Origin: Octopus sinensis
Lineage: Eukaryota
Length of the DNA: 64,000 nucleotides
NCBI RefSeq assembly: GCF_006345805.1
Contig: NC_043000.1
Coordinates: 23,560,001-23,624,000 of the forward strand
Direction: 5' to 3'
Shown: one piece after another, positions 13,772 to 27,579 of the stretch
How positions within the stretch are numbered: the stretch's first letter is position 1
Layout of the letters: the number at the start of each line of letters is the position of its first letter
Program-made: the position numbers and the translations under genes
The notes under the pieces: model-generated
Database searches by the model: none
The model's input: only the letters and a program-made list of their open reading frames with translations
Told to the model about the DNA's origin: nothing

Positions 13772-14700
13772 TCTCTCAGTAATCCGACCGCTTACAACAA
13801 CGAGATAAAAGCCGCTGTATCGGCCCGACTGACAAGACTGCTTAAAACACGCGTTATGTTATATATAAAAAAATTTCTATAAATGTGTAAACTTGTAAAA
13901 AAATAATTAATAATAAATCCAGCTATTATTAAAAGAAAAGTTACGGAAAAAATTTTAATATTTTTATTTACAAATGCAAATTCGCAGAAATTAGTTGAAA
14001 CACTTGCATATAATTTAATTATCAATATTAGGGGAATTTTCTAGAGCATTATTTTATATATGCATGTAAGTATACACACATATGTGTGTGTGTATGCATA
14101 TAAAATATATATTCGATCATTTAATTAAATTTATTTATAAATTATTCATAAACTTTACAGAGAAGTAAGCTTGTTTTTTATTACGGTTTTAAGCGACACC
14201 GGAATATTGCTTATTTCTCATTTCCGCTCTTGCCTTATCTTCTATCTCCTATTTTATTACCCGGTCCAAGGGATTTAAATATATATATAAATACACGCGC
14301 ATTTATATTTATATATATATTAACAGTCATTGATCATAAGTAAGCATGAATTTATTCACAGTTTTGTATTTATTTCTCGTGAAATGATCTACTGAATGTT
14401 TTCTTTTGCCGGTTCGGCTCCTAACGCATCGGTGTTTATCTCGGGTTGGATGGTTGGTCATACACCGCTAAGGGAACGAACGACCGATAACATTATTTGA
14501 TGGTTGTTGCACATTCACTGCAATGTTATCTAAACAAACAACTACCAACTGGTCTGTAAAAAGGTTCGTGTCGTTCGAAGATTATTTACTATTATTGGCC
14601 CCATTCATATTCATCTCATTATTGGTCATAACTCCTCTTTATCATTCGGTTTTTTCGAAATGTTTTCTTGTACGTCTTGTAAAATAAATACGTATTTATT
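13772..14700. promoter_or_regulatory. 5' UTR and promoter region of the PRA1-family gene, possibly bidirectional
   Basis: Lies directly upstream of the ATG. CpG is retained (for example cggcccgact, gacaccggaa, gccggttcggc) in non-repeat DNA while the rest of the window is CpG-poor. No SINE or LINE copies are recognisable here. Confidence 0.5.
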
Positions 14701-16629
14701 TCTCACCAAATTCACATTAGAACCTCAAAATACGAATTTCTCACTAACACGAGGATTGCATGTTTAATCTAATATATATATCTATATCTTTGTTTTCATC
14801 CACCAATGTGATAAAGTACTTTTATACATTATATAATTTCATTTGGCATATTTTTATATACCATGTTCATTGTTTCGTGTTTTTTCTGGGTTATTTTCAT
14901 ATCATTTCATTTTTTTAAAATTTCAAAGCGTAAACTTCAAATAACTCCATGATATTGTATATCACAGTTTCTAGATAACTAACTTCATTTTTTTATAGTC
15001 CAAAATACTTGTTATGGGAAGTTGCTAACTGTATACATTGCAAAGATATGTTTCATACTGGAGCATTGTTCATATGCCCCAGTATTCCTACGTGGGGAAA
15101 TATCCAGGGGAAAATCTGTTGGGGGTGGGTCAGACAAAAACTAACCAACATGCAATTATAAAGGGTTGTCATCAAGCGTAACTTTACACTGCCACTTGTA
15201 CCAACTAATTAGGTGTTTTTTGGTTCTTGCAACGCGATGCTCTTACTTATTCAAACTATTGTCACATTCATTGTTTGAACTCACCAGGGTTTATTCTCAA
15301 CACTTTACCAAATCCACCCAACGCACTCTTTCAACTTGTAATCAATACATTTACTTCTCAAGCCCACGAACTTCTTCCAGTCAGCTGGATGAGTTGAATT
15401 TAATCCTTTGTCCATCCTATGTATTACATATTTCCCTGGCGTCCATGCATCGTTGCCTATTTTTTTGTCAACCATTATTGTATCTTGGGACTAAGAACGT
15501 ATGAAACACGTGCCAACTAAGAGTTTGAAAATAAGTATGGCCATTTCGGACAAACTTCAGAAACTGCTTTGGTCAGGCAAAGGGTTCGAGACGTTTGGCA
15601 CTGCATTTCTTCATTCTTATAAGTGGAATTATCGCTCAACATTAACATTTCAATTCTTTCTTTTCATCACTATATATAAAACAACTTTTATGCGTAAATG
15701 AGGGTGGGGAGGAAAGTGAGAATTTTGGGGTAAATTTCGAGTTTAAAGAGTTGGAAAGTCGTGTATTGTGGGAACGTATGAAAAATTAATTTAACAGAAA
15801 GAAATACAGTATAGAAGTAGCAAGGAGGTGGTTGTTTAGTTTGAAGCAACGCTACCATCAAATGCTTTCCATCTACGACCATCACACTTGCTAGGAATAC
15901 ATAGTTCTATATCACCTTATGTGCCTAACTTGTCTAAGACGCTAAGGTGTGTGATTAGCGCGAAATTTGGCTGTTATTTCTAGCATTGTCGAATGACTTC
16001 CGTAGAGGCAGCTTTGTGAATAAAAAGGGTGGTTTTAAATTTAGGTATATGCCTGCAGAAATAAGTTTAAAAATAACTCGGTTGGAGAGGCTTCTTAAAT
16101 ACATTGTTTGAGATGAATAATTGGTCTGAGTCTGTAAATTTAGCTGCACTACATTTAAAAGTCGCCCAATTAGCAGAATTGTTAGACCATTGGTTTGACT
16201 GTCTTTTGGTATCCATTTCAACTGTCTACTCTTCGAGTTCAAATCCCACTATGGTCAACTTTGCCTTTTATCCTTTTGGGGTCGATAAAATAAGTACCAA
16301 TCCAGCATAGTGGATTGGTGAAACTGTTGGAACATCACACAAAATACCTTATGGTATCTGTTCTGGTTTTTGTGTTTTGACAGCAGCATTTGCCATAACA
16401 CTTGTGTCAGCTGTACTGGCCCTAAATTGGTGACCTTTCTCTGGACATTTGATGGTGTAGATAGGGAGACTTGCAAGTCTGGATAAATGCCAGGTATCCA
16501 CAAGAACCTGTACATACTGACACACATATATGATTGATCATGACCGATGTAGGCTCTTTAGAGAATTTTTCTTACTGATTTCCATCATCATCAGCAGTGC
16601 TTCTCCATTCTGATTTGGGTTGGACGTAT

Positions 16630-17085
16630 CTTCAGTATTGGCATCCGTGCTGGTGGAGCACTAAGAGCACCATCCGTGCTGGTGGCACGTAAAAATCAGC
16701 ATTTGAGTGGACTTCCGTGCCGGTGGCATGTAAAAAGCATCATTTGAGCTTGATTCTTACCAGCGTCGCCTTACTGGCACGTGAAAAAACATTCAAGCGA
16801 GGTCGTTGCCAGTGCTGCTGGACTGGCTCCTGTGCAGGTGGCACATAAAAAACACCATTTGAGCGTGGCTGTTGCCAGTACCACCTGACTGGCTCTCGTG
16901 CTGGTGGCATGTAAAAGCACCCACTACACTCTCAGAGTGGTTGGCGTTAGGAAGGGCATCCAGCTGTAGAAACTCTGCCAGATCAAGATTGGAACCTGGT
17001 GCAGCCATCTGGTTCACCAGTCCTCAGATAAATCATCCAACCTATGCTAGCATGGAAAGTGGATGTTAAACGATGATGATGATGA
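16630..17085 (+). mobile_element. RTE family-1 3' UTR fragment with several internal modules
   Basis: Same modules and tail as 57079-57608. Confidence 0.85.
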
Positions 17086-17371
17086 GCATAACACCATCAT
17101 TTTTCATGATCTTGTAGTAATGTATTTGTAAGATCCAAAATCCTGAGATCAGGCAGTATTGTGTGAGCACCTGACAAAATAGCTTGTTGCCTTTTATGTT
17201 CTGGGTTCAAATCCTTCTGAAGTCAACTTTCTCATCCTTCTGGACTTGATAATTACTATTTAAATACTAAGGTCGATATAATTAACTGCAGACTGGTATA
17301 TGTACCTGCAAGTAGACTCTGTGCTTCTTGTGTTTCCAGTTGTTCGTTAATGAGCATGTTTTGCTGAATGA

Positions 17372-17590
17372 AAGGCGGAGAGCTGGCAGAAACGTTAGCA
17401 CGTCGAGCGAAATGCTTAGCGATATTTCATCTGCCGTTATGTTCTGAGTTCAAATTCCGCCGAGGTTGACTTTGCCTTTCATCCTTTTGGGGTCGATAAA
17501 TTAAGTACCAGTTACGCACTGGGGTCGATGTAATCAACTTAAGCACTTTGCCTGTCCTTGTTTAGCCCCTTGTGGGCAATAAAGAAATAA
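17372..17590 (+). mobile_element. Second tRNA-derived SINE family, with 14-bp target-site duplication. Other copies at about 1545-1770(-), 5640-5800(-), 7370-7590, 24670-24870, 36872-37096(-), 48880-49070, 50330-50540(-), 59500-59710
   Basis: Head gagctggcagaaacgttagc...gagttcaaattcc and a central gcctttcatccttttggggtcgataaattaagtacc. The TSD gttttgctgaatga occurs at 17358-17371 and 17591-17604. Confidence 0.85.
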
Positions 17591-18109
17591 GTTTTGCTGA
17601 ATGATATATTCCAATGGATGCCTATGGTACCGTAAGTGCCTGCTGTGTAGAAAATAAAATAAGACTTGAGATCTAATCCTACTGCTTCTTATAGATACTT
17701 TCCTGCTTTAGTATATGGCAGAACATGCAAATGCCACCAAAACATGTTTAGTTTCAGTTTCGTATTGTTAAACAGATAAAAGACAAATTTATATCACATA
17801 AAGGCTGTAGATAACATTGTCAGTTAAGTCAATTGAGACTTGTAAAATTGAGTGCTCTGCCTGAAGAGATAATGTTGTAGTGAACTGGAATACAATAGTT
17901 TATAAGGCCAAGTTGTTTGCTTTGCAATCACATGGTTTCAGATTCAGCCTTCTGCTATACGCCCTGGCCAACTAATTCTTTGTGAATGGAATTGGTGGAT
18001 GGAAACTGGATGGAAGCCTGTTTTATATATATATTGTGATTTTGTATAGACATGACTGTATTTTTTTTTTCTTGCTGTCTTTTTAGGAATATAGATTTAC
18101 TAGGAGGAG

Positions 18110-18620
18110 AAGATTCTCAATCTCCTTGCTCCAGCAATAAAATGTTGAGTATGAAAGCAGAAAGAGGTGTGTATGAGGACATGATTGTGCTGGCAATGTT
18201 ATATGGTGCAGAGTCATGGGGACTGAGACAGGCGGAAAGGAGGCGACTAGATGTGTTTGAGATGAGATGCCTGAGGGCTGTGGTTGGTGTGACACAGATG
18301 GACAGGATGAGGAATGAGGAGATGTGAAGACGAGCAAGAATGAAAGGAAAACTAACAAACAAATTGGATATATGAATGTTGAGGTGGTTTGGCCACATGG
18401 AGAGCATGGATGAGGAGCAGATGGTAAGGAGAGTGATGAGGGCTGAAGTGGTAGGCAGCAGTACCAGAGGCAGACCTCGCTTGTGTGGATGGACAGAGTG
18501 AGGAAAGCTTTGGTAGTTAGAGGTGTTTGAGTGAGAGACACAAGAGTTTATAAATGATAGGAAAGCTTGGAGGGCATTTGTGGATGGAGGAGTGAATTTT
18601 GATGTTGCTCAAAGTGGTAT
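18110..18620 (+). mobile_element. Decayed RTE-like LINE fragment (family 2)
   Basis: MLYGAESWGLRQAERRRLDVFEMRCLR...MLRWFGHMESM...RGRPR, with stops and frameshifts. Confidence 0.8.
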
Positions 18621-20309
18621 GGAACCAGCATGATATGGCGGGGGTAAACCAGCATGTGCTGTCAGGCCCCACTGCTGATATTGGGGGTTGCATTCTATGC
18701 CTTGACCCAAGCATAGAATGGGGCTTGTCCCTTTGAGCTAGGAAATGAATGGAATGCCTGATGTGTAACTTGCTGTGGATACACCCTCCTAAAAAAATGG
18801 GGAATAGGCCTGGGTATATGTATGGCTCTTTGGTAAGAAGCTTGCTTCCCAACTACATGGTTCTGGGTTCAGTCCCACTGTATAGCACCTTGGGCAAGTG
18901 TCTTCTACTATATCCATGGACTTACCAAAGCTTTGTCAGTGGAGTTGGTAGATGGAAACTGAAAGAAGCCCATCATATATATATGTATATATCTATGTGT
19001 GTATGTGCATCTTTGTGTATATATTTGTCTCCCCACCACCACCACTTGACAGTGTTGGTTTGTTTAAGTCACCGTAACTTAGCAATTTAGCAAAAGATAC
19101 TGATAGAATAAGTACTAGCCAAAAAAGCCAAAAAGGTCCTGGGGGTCAGTTTGTTTGACTAAAATCTTTCAAGGTCTGCATGGCCACAGACAAGTGACTG
19201 AAAAACATAAAAAGGCATGTTGATATTAAATATCAGTAGTTAGAATGCAATATGCATATGCTTTAGAGTAAAGCATTAGGTAAGTACAGAAAGTAATACT
19301 AATTAATGAATGACAAGAGAACAGGAATCATGTAATCACTCTCGTTACAGCTGTTTCTGCTAGAAGGGACAATGTACACAGAGCTGAGTGCTTGTGCATC
19401 ACCTTATAGCTTCCACGGATCCCTTAAAATGAAGTGTATGTCTATTTCAGAAAGTTTTTAAATACAGTGCCCTCTGATGAAGCTATAAGATTTTGCACAA
19501 GCACTTAGCTCTGAGTGCACTGCATCTTGTAGCAGAAACAGCTGTGAGTTAATGACTGTGATCACTTAACTCCTGTTCTCTTGTCATTTAATAATCTACT
19601 CATAAATTTGTGTGTGTGTGTTTGAATGTTTACATTCCTTGGTATTATGATTGGTCATTTTGCACTTTTGAAGATCTGTGGAATAAAAAATATTTTATTT
19701 AAAACAACAGGAAAGACATATGGGGGTAAGATGTTGCCTCGACTGAGTCACTGTCCAACCCATGCTAGCATGGAAAAGTGCACATTAAATTAATGAATGG
19801 GAATATCTGGCTTGGTGAATTTGAAAGCAGAATTAGTAGAAGAGGTTAGAATGTGCGTGTGTGATTTGTTTGATTTGAAGGGAAAGCAGGTGGTGGGAGT
19901 GTTGGCTTTTGGCAGCAGTGGGAGGTTTTACAAACAGACATCCGAGCTGCAAACATTTGATACTTATTCTTTCTAAATAGTTTCTTAGTAAATCTGATTA
20001 TGTCACTCCTTCACTAACAACACATTCTTTTCTAGATGATGACTTTCACTGTCATACAGAATTGCCTGTCTTCCTTTACCGCTGTTAACTTAGTGTTAAC
20101 ATATTTAATACAGGGAGCATAACAAAGCTTTGCTAGAAATAATTAAGAAAAACACACCTAAATAAGTATTAGTCAGTAACTAATATTGGTTTCAAATGTT
20201 GGCACCAGGCTAGCAGTTTCGGGGAAGGGGCCAAGTCAGTTACATTGGGCCCAGTGTTCAACTGGTACTTATTTTATTGACACCAAAGGGATTAAGGACA
20301 AAGTCAACC

Positions 20310-20715
20310 TCATTCATTCATTCATGTTCGACCGTGGTCGAGACAATAGAATTTACCATGTTACGCCAGACCTCATGGTCCATCATAGCACTACGGAGGT
20401 CCTGTTGCTGGATGCCTGTATCCCTGGAGATTACATCAGGGTAGGAGAGTGTGCGCCATCTGGTATTGCGAGCAGATAGCTTCCAGAGGAGAAGAGTAGA
20501 AATTACCTCGTTTTCAGCTCTACAACAATGTCCAGCAAACTGAACTCTTCTACCTTTCACAAGAGATGATACAAGTGGTAATTTCCCATATATTTGTACT
20601 TTGGTTGGATGACGCTTCCATGAGATATTTTGAGCTCATAAGGAGGCGAGTGTAAGTTCCATCCAACCGCCTCTCAAGCTTCTTTGATAACGTCCAGGTT
20701 TCTGAGCCATATAAC
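20310..20715 (-). mobile_element. RTE-like LINE 3' fragment (family 3) with (AATG)n tail, inserted inside a SINE
   Basis: LYGSETWTLSKKLERRLDGTYTRLL...RRVQFAGHCCRA...YPDVISRDTG. It splits a SINE between aagtcaacctc (about 20308) and ttgaactcagaac (about 20716). Confidence 0.8.
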
Positions 20716-21404
20716 TTGAACTCAGAACATAAAGATCGACAAAATACTGCTAAGCATTTTGCCTGGTGTCCTAATGATTCTACCAGCTTGCTGCCTTTAG
20801 TCAGTAACTGATATTGCACCGGAAATGTTTTGATCATATGATCTTGTGAATCAATGAAACATAGATTTCTCTGCACTTGCTAAAATAGTGATGAAGCAAT
20901 CATTAAGTCAATAGTCAAGAGACAAATCTATATCCTGTGAGGACTGCAGATAACATGGTCAGGTGAATTGACATTTGTAAAGTTAAGTGCACAACCCAGA
21001 GAGATAAAGAATTAATGAACTGAAATACAATCGCTTATCTATAAGGATATGATGGTTTCTTTATAACCATCAGGATTCTGGTTCAGTCCCACAATGTGGT
21101 ATGTTGGGCAAGTGTCTTCTATTATAGCCTCAGCCTTGTAAGTAGATTTGGTTAGATGGACACTGATAGAAGCATGTCCTGTATGTGTGTGTGTGTGTAT
21201 TGTATGGTATTGGCATCCTTTCTGTCTCGGGAGACAATGGAGTTGTGCATGTTTTTTTTTTGTGTGTATATATATATATATATATATACATATATATAGA
21301 TATATATGTATGTATGGTGAGAATTTACAAAAAAAACAAAAGACAAAGACAGGTGTGTAAACAACAAACAGCTGTATTAGTTTAACCCTCGGGAAGTGAG
21401 AAAG

Positions 21405-21441
21405 TCTTTTACGTTTCAAGCCTATGCTCTTCGACAGAAAA
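21405..21441 (-). ncRNA. Minimal hammerhead-like motif with CUGUCGA core, inside a Penelope-LTR-like repeat (about 21315-21500; partial copy at about 45040-45110)
   Basis: The minus strand reads UUUU-CUGUCGA-A-GAGC-AUAG-GCUU-GAAA-CGUA-AAAG. Confidence 0.45.
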
Positions 21442-21597
21442 GAGCACAGAAATAAACAGGGAGAGAAAATAGAAAACGGTTTAGTGGCTAGCGATCTATC
21501 ATGGCGAATGTATGTATGTATGTATGCTCCACTATTGGTTGACAAATGTTGTTGGTTTGTTTACATCCCCATCACTTAGCAGATGGAGGCCTGTTTT

Positions 21598-21632
<35 letters not shown>

Positions 21633-22914
21633 TAGTGTTGGCATGGCTGTGTGGTAAGAAGCTTGCTTCCCAACCACATGGTCCCAGGTTCAGTCCCACT
21701 GTGTGGCACCTTGGGCAAGTGTTTTCTACCATAACTCCAGGCCGACCGAAGATTTGTGGGTGAATTTAGTAGATGGAAAGTGAAAGAAGCCTGCCGCATG
21801 TGTGTATGTGTGTACATATATGTATATCTGTGTATGTGTGTCTTTGTGTTGGTGTGTTTAAATCCCTTTCACTTAGCTCAGCAAAAGAAATTGATCAAAT
21901 AAGTACTGAAAATTCTTCAAGGCAGTGCCCCAGCATGGCCATAGTCTAGTGACTGAAACAAAAGTTAAAAGATATATCACAAGGCATTTTGTCTGATGCT
22001 CTAATGGTACTTCCAATCCTCCACCCTTATACTACTCTAACTTTTGCAATATTCTGCCAAAATTTTCCTAATCAAGTATTTTATCTTTTGTATATCAAAT
22101 CTCACCATCACCTATCTTTATATTCCATTATAAAATTTTTTTTTTAAAATTGTTTTTATATCATTTTTATATTTCTGTATATTGTGCAATATATAATTTG
22201 AATATATACAGTATATTGCAAATTATTAAATTATTTTGTTAATGTAACTTTTATTGCCCTTAATGTATATCTAACATAACACATATTAAAAAAAAAACAC
22301 AAAAACCGTTAGATTCACTTCGACGTTTAAATTTAATTTGTCAAAATATTTTCGTCATGTTGAAACTGCGACCTGTTAACTGATAAAATTCCATGCTGCA
22401 CAGAATTTTGTCAGCGAACAGGTCACAGTCTCAAAACGACGAAAATATTTTGACAAATCAAATTTAAATGTCGAAGTGAATCTAATAGTTTTTGTGTTTT
22501 TTTTAAAATCGCTTACAAACACCTTCCACACTGCAATTGTTTTTGTTTCAGCACATAATCTCAGATCAGGTCACTTGCTATGCAAGTACATCTCTGTAAT
22601 AATACATGTTATTTTATTTTAAACTTAATTAACTTTAAAAAATGCTGTAAGCAGTTTTTTAATTGAAATATTATTATCAATTAGGTTGGCCATTAAATAT
22701 TAATAAGAATAAATAAGTCTGTTATTGTTCTCTTCAAACTATTTATTCATTTTCTGTTGGTAAGAAAAGAAGTATTTCTAATACAAATGAACTAGTTTAC
22801 CAATTCTAATAAAGTATGCCTGATGTTGGTTGGTTCTGGCAGCCTCTGTGGTAAGTGTAGATGCCACATAAAAGGCACTGGTGCTAGTGCCACGTAAAAA
22901 AACACCCATCATCA

Positions 22915-23355
22915 TCATCATTTAACATCTACTTTCCATGCTGGCATGGGTTGGAGAGTTTGACTGGGGACTGGCAAGCCAGGAGGCTGTACTAGGCTCC
23001 AATCTGATCTGGCATGGTTTTTTGCAGCTGGATGCCCTTCCTAATACCAACCACTCCAAGAGTGTAGTGGGTACTTTTTACATCCCACTGGCATGAGAGC
23101 CAGTCAGGCAGTACTGGCATCGACCACGCTTAAATGGTGCTTTTTATGTGCCACAGGCTCGGGAGCCAGTCAGGCAGCACTGACAATGGTTTCACTTGAC
23201 TCAACAGGTCTTCTCAAGCACAGTTTATTGCCCAATGATTGAAGGGTACTCTTAAATGGTTTGGTTATGTTACACTGGCATAGGCCATGGTTATGTTCTC
23301 ACTTGGCTTGCTGGGTCTTCTCAAGCACAGCATATCTCCAAAGGTCTAGGTCGCT
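22915..23355 (-). mobile_element. RTE family-1 3' UTR reaching the ORF end
   Basis: (CAT)n tail and UTR; 23290-23355 matches the last codons of the RTE ORF. Confidence 0.8.
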
Positions 23356-26300
23356 CGTCATTTCCTCCAGTATACTCTAAATTGGTTGGTGTTAAGAAGG
23401 GCATCCAGCTGGAGAAAACCTGTCAAAAGCAACAGGTGCAGCTCTTGTCAAACTGTCCAACCCATGACAGCATAGAAAGTAGACATTAAATGCTGATGAT
23501 GCTTTACAGGGTATGTTGGTGCACATATTAGGGTATTTTGGTGATCTAATATTTTATTATACCAAAGTTGCACAAATACTTAAAACAGTGTTTCATGTAC
23601 AGACCTAGCAGCAAGTACTTAAAAGGGAAAAATTTGACAAGTCAGTCACCAGCTGACACTCGCTGACGATACATCGAAGAGGCCAGGGAACAGAAAGAAG
23701 AAGACATGCACCCAACACCAGAGCTGAAGACACCTCTGAAAGGGTGGGGGGCACGCCATGTCAAAACGGTAGAGGAGTAGGGGCCGAAACCGGATGTGGT
23801 TCCTCCTGATGATGTCTTGAGCTAACTGGATCCTATAAAGGAGCTGTTATGGTATCAGACCACGAAACACAGTTGTAATTCCTCCTGTATAGACATTTAC
23901 ATAAACACACAAACATACTCTGATGAGCTGTGATTTTCCCATTCATTAGTTAGAGAGAGAGAGAGACAGACAGAGGTGGTGCCCTTTTCAGGTTTATACT
24001 AAATAAAAGAATGGAGATAACTGGATGAGTGTATTTTAGAGATGTGCTGGCAATTGTTTTGATCTGAGACTGTTGAAATTAAAGTAATTACAGCATGGAA
24101 GATTCATTCTGACCATTCAAAAATACACAAAAGCTGTTAATGTCACTTAATTATTTATTATTTGATGTTGAAATTTTTGTATCCCATGACTCTGCCAATT
24201 TACTGCAATGCTGCAAGTGTTTGGATTAGGTTGTTGGTCTGAAGGTACCCTCATCAGTTGTGGATTCTTTGTTCCTTTTCCTCATCAGTTTCAGAGACCC
24301 TGCAGCCAAGGGCCATGGGCTGTGCCCTTCCTCTTCTGGCTTAGCAGTAACCAAAAAACATGTTGTGTAGCCACTGATGAAAAATAACAATTTTCTTTGA
24401 GGAATAATTCAGTCCTTCTCTATATTGTTATTGCTTTTTAAACCTTTTGTTACCATATTTCTTTTGGAATACAATGCCTTTGTTTCAATTAATTTTGAAA
24501 ATAATGAAGAATTAAAATAACTTTGGTCAACCATAGAAATCGTGGAGGGGACAGGTGGGGGGAGAAGCTTGGGAGGGTTGGTTTGAGGAGGGGGAATGTC
24601 CAAAACCGGGTGAGATGGTGTGAGAGTGAGGTATTTTAAGAAAAATATTGAACTTCAATCAATATTTAGTTGGTGTTTAAGGCAGTGAGCTGGCAGAATT
24701 TTTATTGTTTTGGCAGCATTTTGTCTGTCTTTATATCCTGAGTTCAAATTCTGCCAAAATTGAATTTACCTTTCATCCTTTCAGTTCGGGAAGTGAGTAC
24801 CAACCAGTTGACACTTGGGTCGATGTAATCAACAATTTCAAGTTTTGTGCCTATAGCAGAAAGGACTATTAAGCTGGTGTTTGGAACATAAATTAACCTA
24901 AAATTCTAATGGAAGGTTTTAATTTAAAATATGAATTTTGTTTCATAGAAGCCAGGACAGTCTCGAGCAGGTTGATATCAGAAAGACTGAGTTTTCAATA
25001 TTTGTTTTTTTTACAATTATCAGAAATAATAGCAAAAAGAAAGGTTTTGATTATCATGCTGTTGTGATGGCTCTTGTTGGTGTTTAGCCAAAGTGATATA
25101 AATATGATTAAAATGCATTCCAACTATGATTCTTCTGTTTTCTCTCTGGCATTGTGTATCTAGAATAACATTATTGAATGTATCTTTCCCTTTTCAAAAT
25201 GTAAAGTATAATTTGAAGATGATTCAGCTGCTATTTCCAGTCCTTCTAATGATCACATCAAGAATTCTTTATTTGCTTGATTCTTATTCCTGCATAAATA
25301 TGAGGTAAAGGAATGACTATCTCCACATCACCAGGTTCAATCATCTTTTGTCCTTGTAAATGTTGTTTGATATATATCTACAAATAAAACAATTAACTGC
25401 TACCAATGGAAAAAACACTGCCTAGAACCCTAGTGTGCTAAAACTTTCTTCCTCTCCAATGTTGAATTAGCCTTTCATCTTCCCAAGGGCAATAATATGT
25501 GCCAATAATATAATTGGATGCTCATTAGTCTTGGCAAGAAGCCAGCCAAGGCTTGAAGAAGCAAAATTCTGATTCCAAAAACTAACAGGGAAAGAAATGG
25601 CACATGTAAAGAGACACCATTCCATTCAACCCTTTTGATACCAACATGCCTGAAAGCACCATTGATTTTATGATACAAATGTTCTGTTTTAAAGTGATCT
25701 AAAATAAAACCTTACTTCAAAATTTCAGCAAAATTTATGTTCCAAACACCAGAGAATTATGACAAAGTTCATTTTATTAGACTCTTTATTGTTTCCAAAG
25801 TTAATTGAAACTATATTTCAACAGAAATTTGGTAACTAACGGGTTAAATCATCATCATCATCATCAAATGTCAGTTTTCCATGCTGGCCTGGGTTGGATA
25901 GCTTAAGAAGAAATTATAGGGCCAGGAGCCACACCAGATTCTGTCGTCTGTTTTGGCTTGATTTCTACAGCTGGATGCCCTTCTTAATGCCAACCACTCC
26001 ACAGTGTACTGGATGCTTTTTATGTGGCACCAACATCAGTGCTTTTTATGTGGTATCTTGGTTTTAGGATCTCAATTCTGTTGTGGTGGGCAGATCTTCT
26101 CAAGTACAGCAATATGCCATGTATCTCAGCCCTCTGTCATAAAAACCACAAAAAGCCTAGTGAAATACTGCTACCCAGGGCTTCTTGACTAAAATATCAA
26201 TTTATTTTGCCAATTATGAATCTGGTGTTGGTAAAAACCACAAGACAGTTTACTTACTGCATTCGATGCAACGAATGTTTGAATGAGAATGCGCATTTAG

Positions 26301-26642
26301 AAAAAGACAGAAAAATAGAACGGGTTTCTAAATTCACTTGAAAGGCACTTCTGTCTATGAAATTCACTTACAAGGTATTGGTCAGCCTGGGGCATGACAC
26401 TTGCTCAAGATGCTATGCAGTGGGACTGAACCCAAGACCATGTGGTTGCAAAGTAAGCTTCTTAACCACAGAACTATTCCTGCGCTTACATATAATCCTC
26501 TTCACTATAGGCACAAGGCCTGAAATTTTGCTGGAGGGGACTTGTTGATTACATTGGCTCTAGTGCTCAACTAATACTTATTTTATTGATCACAAAAGGA
26601 TGAAAGGCAAAGTTAACCTTAGCAGAATTTAAACTCAACATG

Positions 26643-26820
26643 GAGGCAAAGTGGCTGAGTTCCTTTCGAGCATTGGGCCCAACGGAAGCAAAGTGGTTGA
26701 GTTCCTTTCAAGCGTTGGGTCTGACAGAGGCAAAGTGGTTGAGTTCCTTTCGAGTGTTGGGCCTGACGAAGGCAAAGTGGCTGAGTTCCTTTCGAGTGTT
26801 GAGCCTCACAGAGGCAATGA
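26643..26820. repeat. Tandem repeat, 4 x 42 nt, from the end of the RTE ORF
   Basis: The unit gaggcaaagtggctgagttcctttcgagcattgggcccaacg starts at 26643, 26685, 26727 and 26769, then runs into the RTE ORF end and UTR. Confidence 0.9.
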
Positions 26821-27579
26821 CCAAGACCTTTGGCATTATGTCGTGCTCGAGAAGAAGACTGATCAAGCTGAGCAAAATCACAGATACCGGTGTCACACAA
26901 ATTGGCATGTTAACGGATGTCAGTGTCATGCAAATGGCACCCATGCCGGTGTCACATAAAGGTACCCATTATACTCTTGGACTGGTTGGTGTTAGGAAGG
27001 GCATCCAGCCGTAGAAAACCATGCCAAATAAGACTGGAACCTGGTGCAGCCTTCCAGCGTGCCAGCCCAGTCAAACCCATGCCAGCATGGACAATGGACG
27101 TTAAATGATGATGATGATGAACGTAAAGATAGATGAAACGCTGTTAAGCATTTTACCTGGTACAGTAACAATTCTGCCAGCTCACCACTTCCTGCTTGCA
27201 TATAATAATGATAATTGAATATCTTGCCATAATATTTTGTTTGTTTCCTACTTCTGTGACAATTTGTTTTTGTAATATTTTATTGTGTAAGCATGTAGAA
27301 TTTTCCATTCCTTCTTTCTCTTTGATACATTTGGGCTATTTTTAAAAAAAATATGGTTAGTAAGGAATAGTTTTAGTCTTTTACTGGATTCAGTCATTGG
27401 ACTACAGCCATGCAGGGGTACCATTCCCTTCAAGAGTGTTACTCTATCATATCAACCTCAGGACTTATTTCAGTTTAGTACTTTATCAATCTTTTGACAC
27501 AAAGGGTCACAACTTAACACACCAGTTCACACATATACATACACCCATCCATCCATCCATACACACACACACACACAAA

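Noticed and set aside
15170-15500. Possible mariner transposase remnant (also a TIR-like start at about 59880)
   Set aside because: The similarity is too decayed to support without a profile search.
24190-24400. CTGATGA motifs suggesting a snoRNA or HHR
   Set aside because: No properly spaced GAAA with stems, and no C/D terminal stem could be built.
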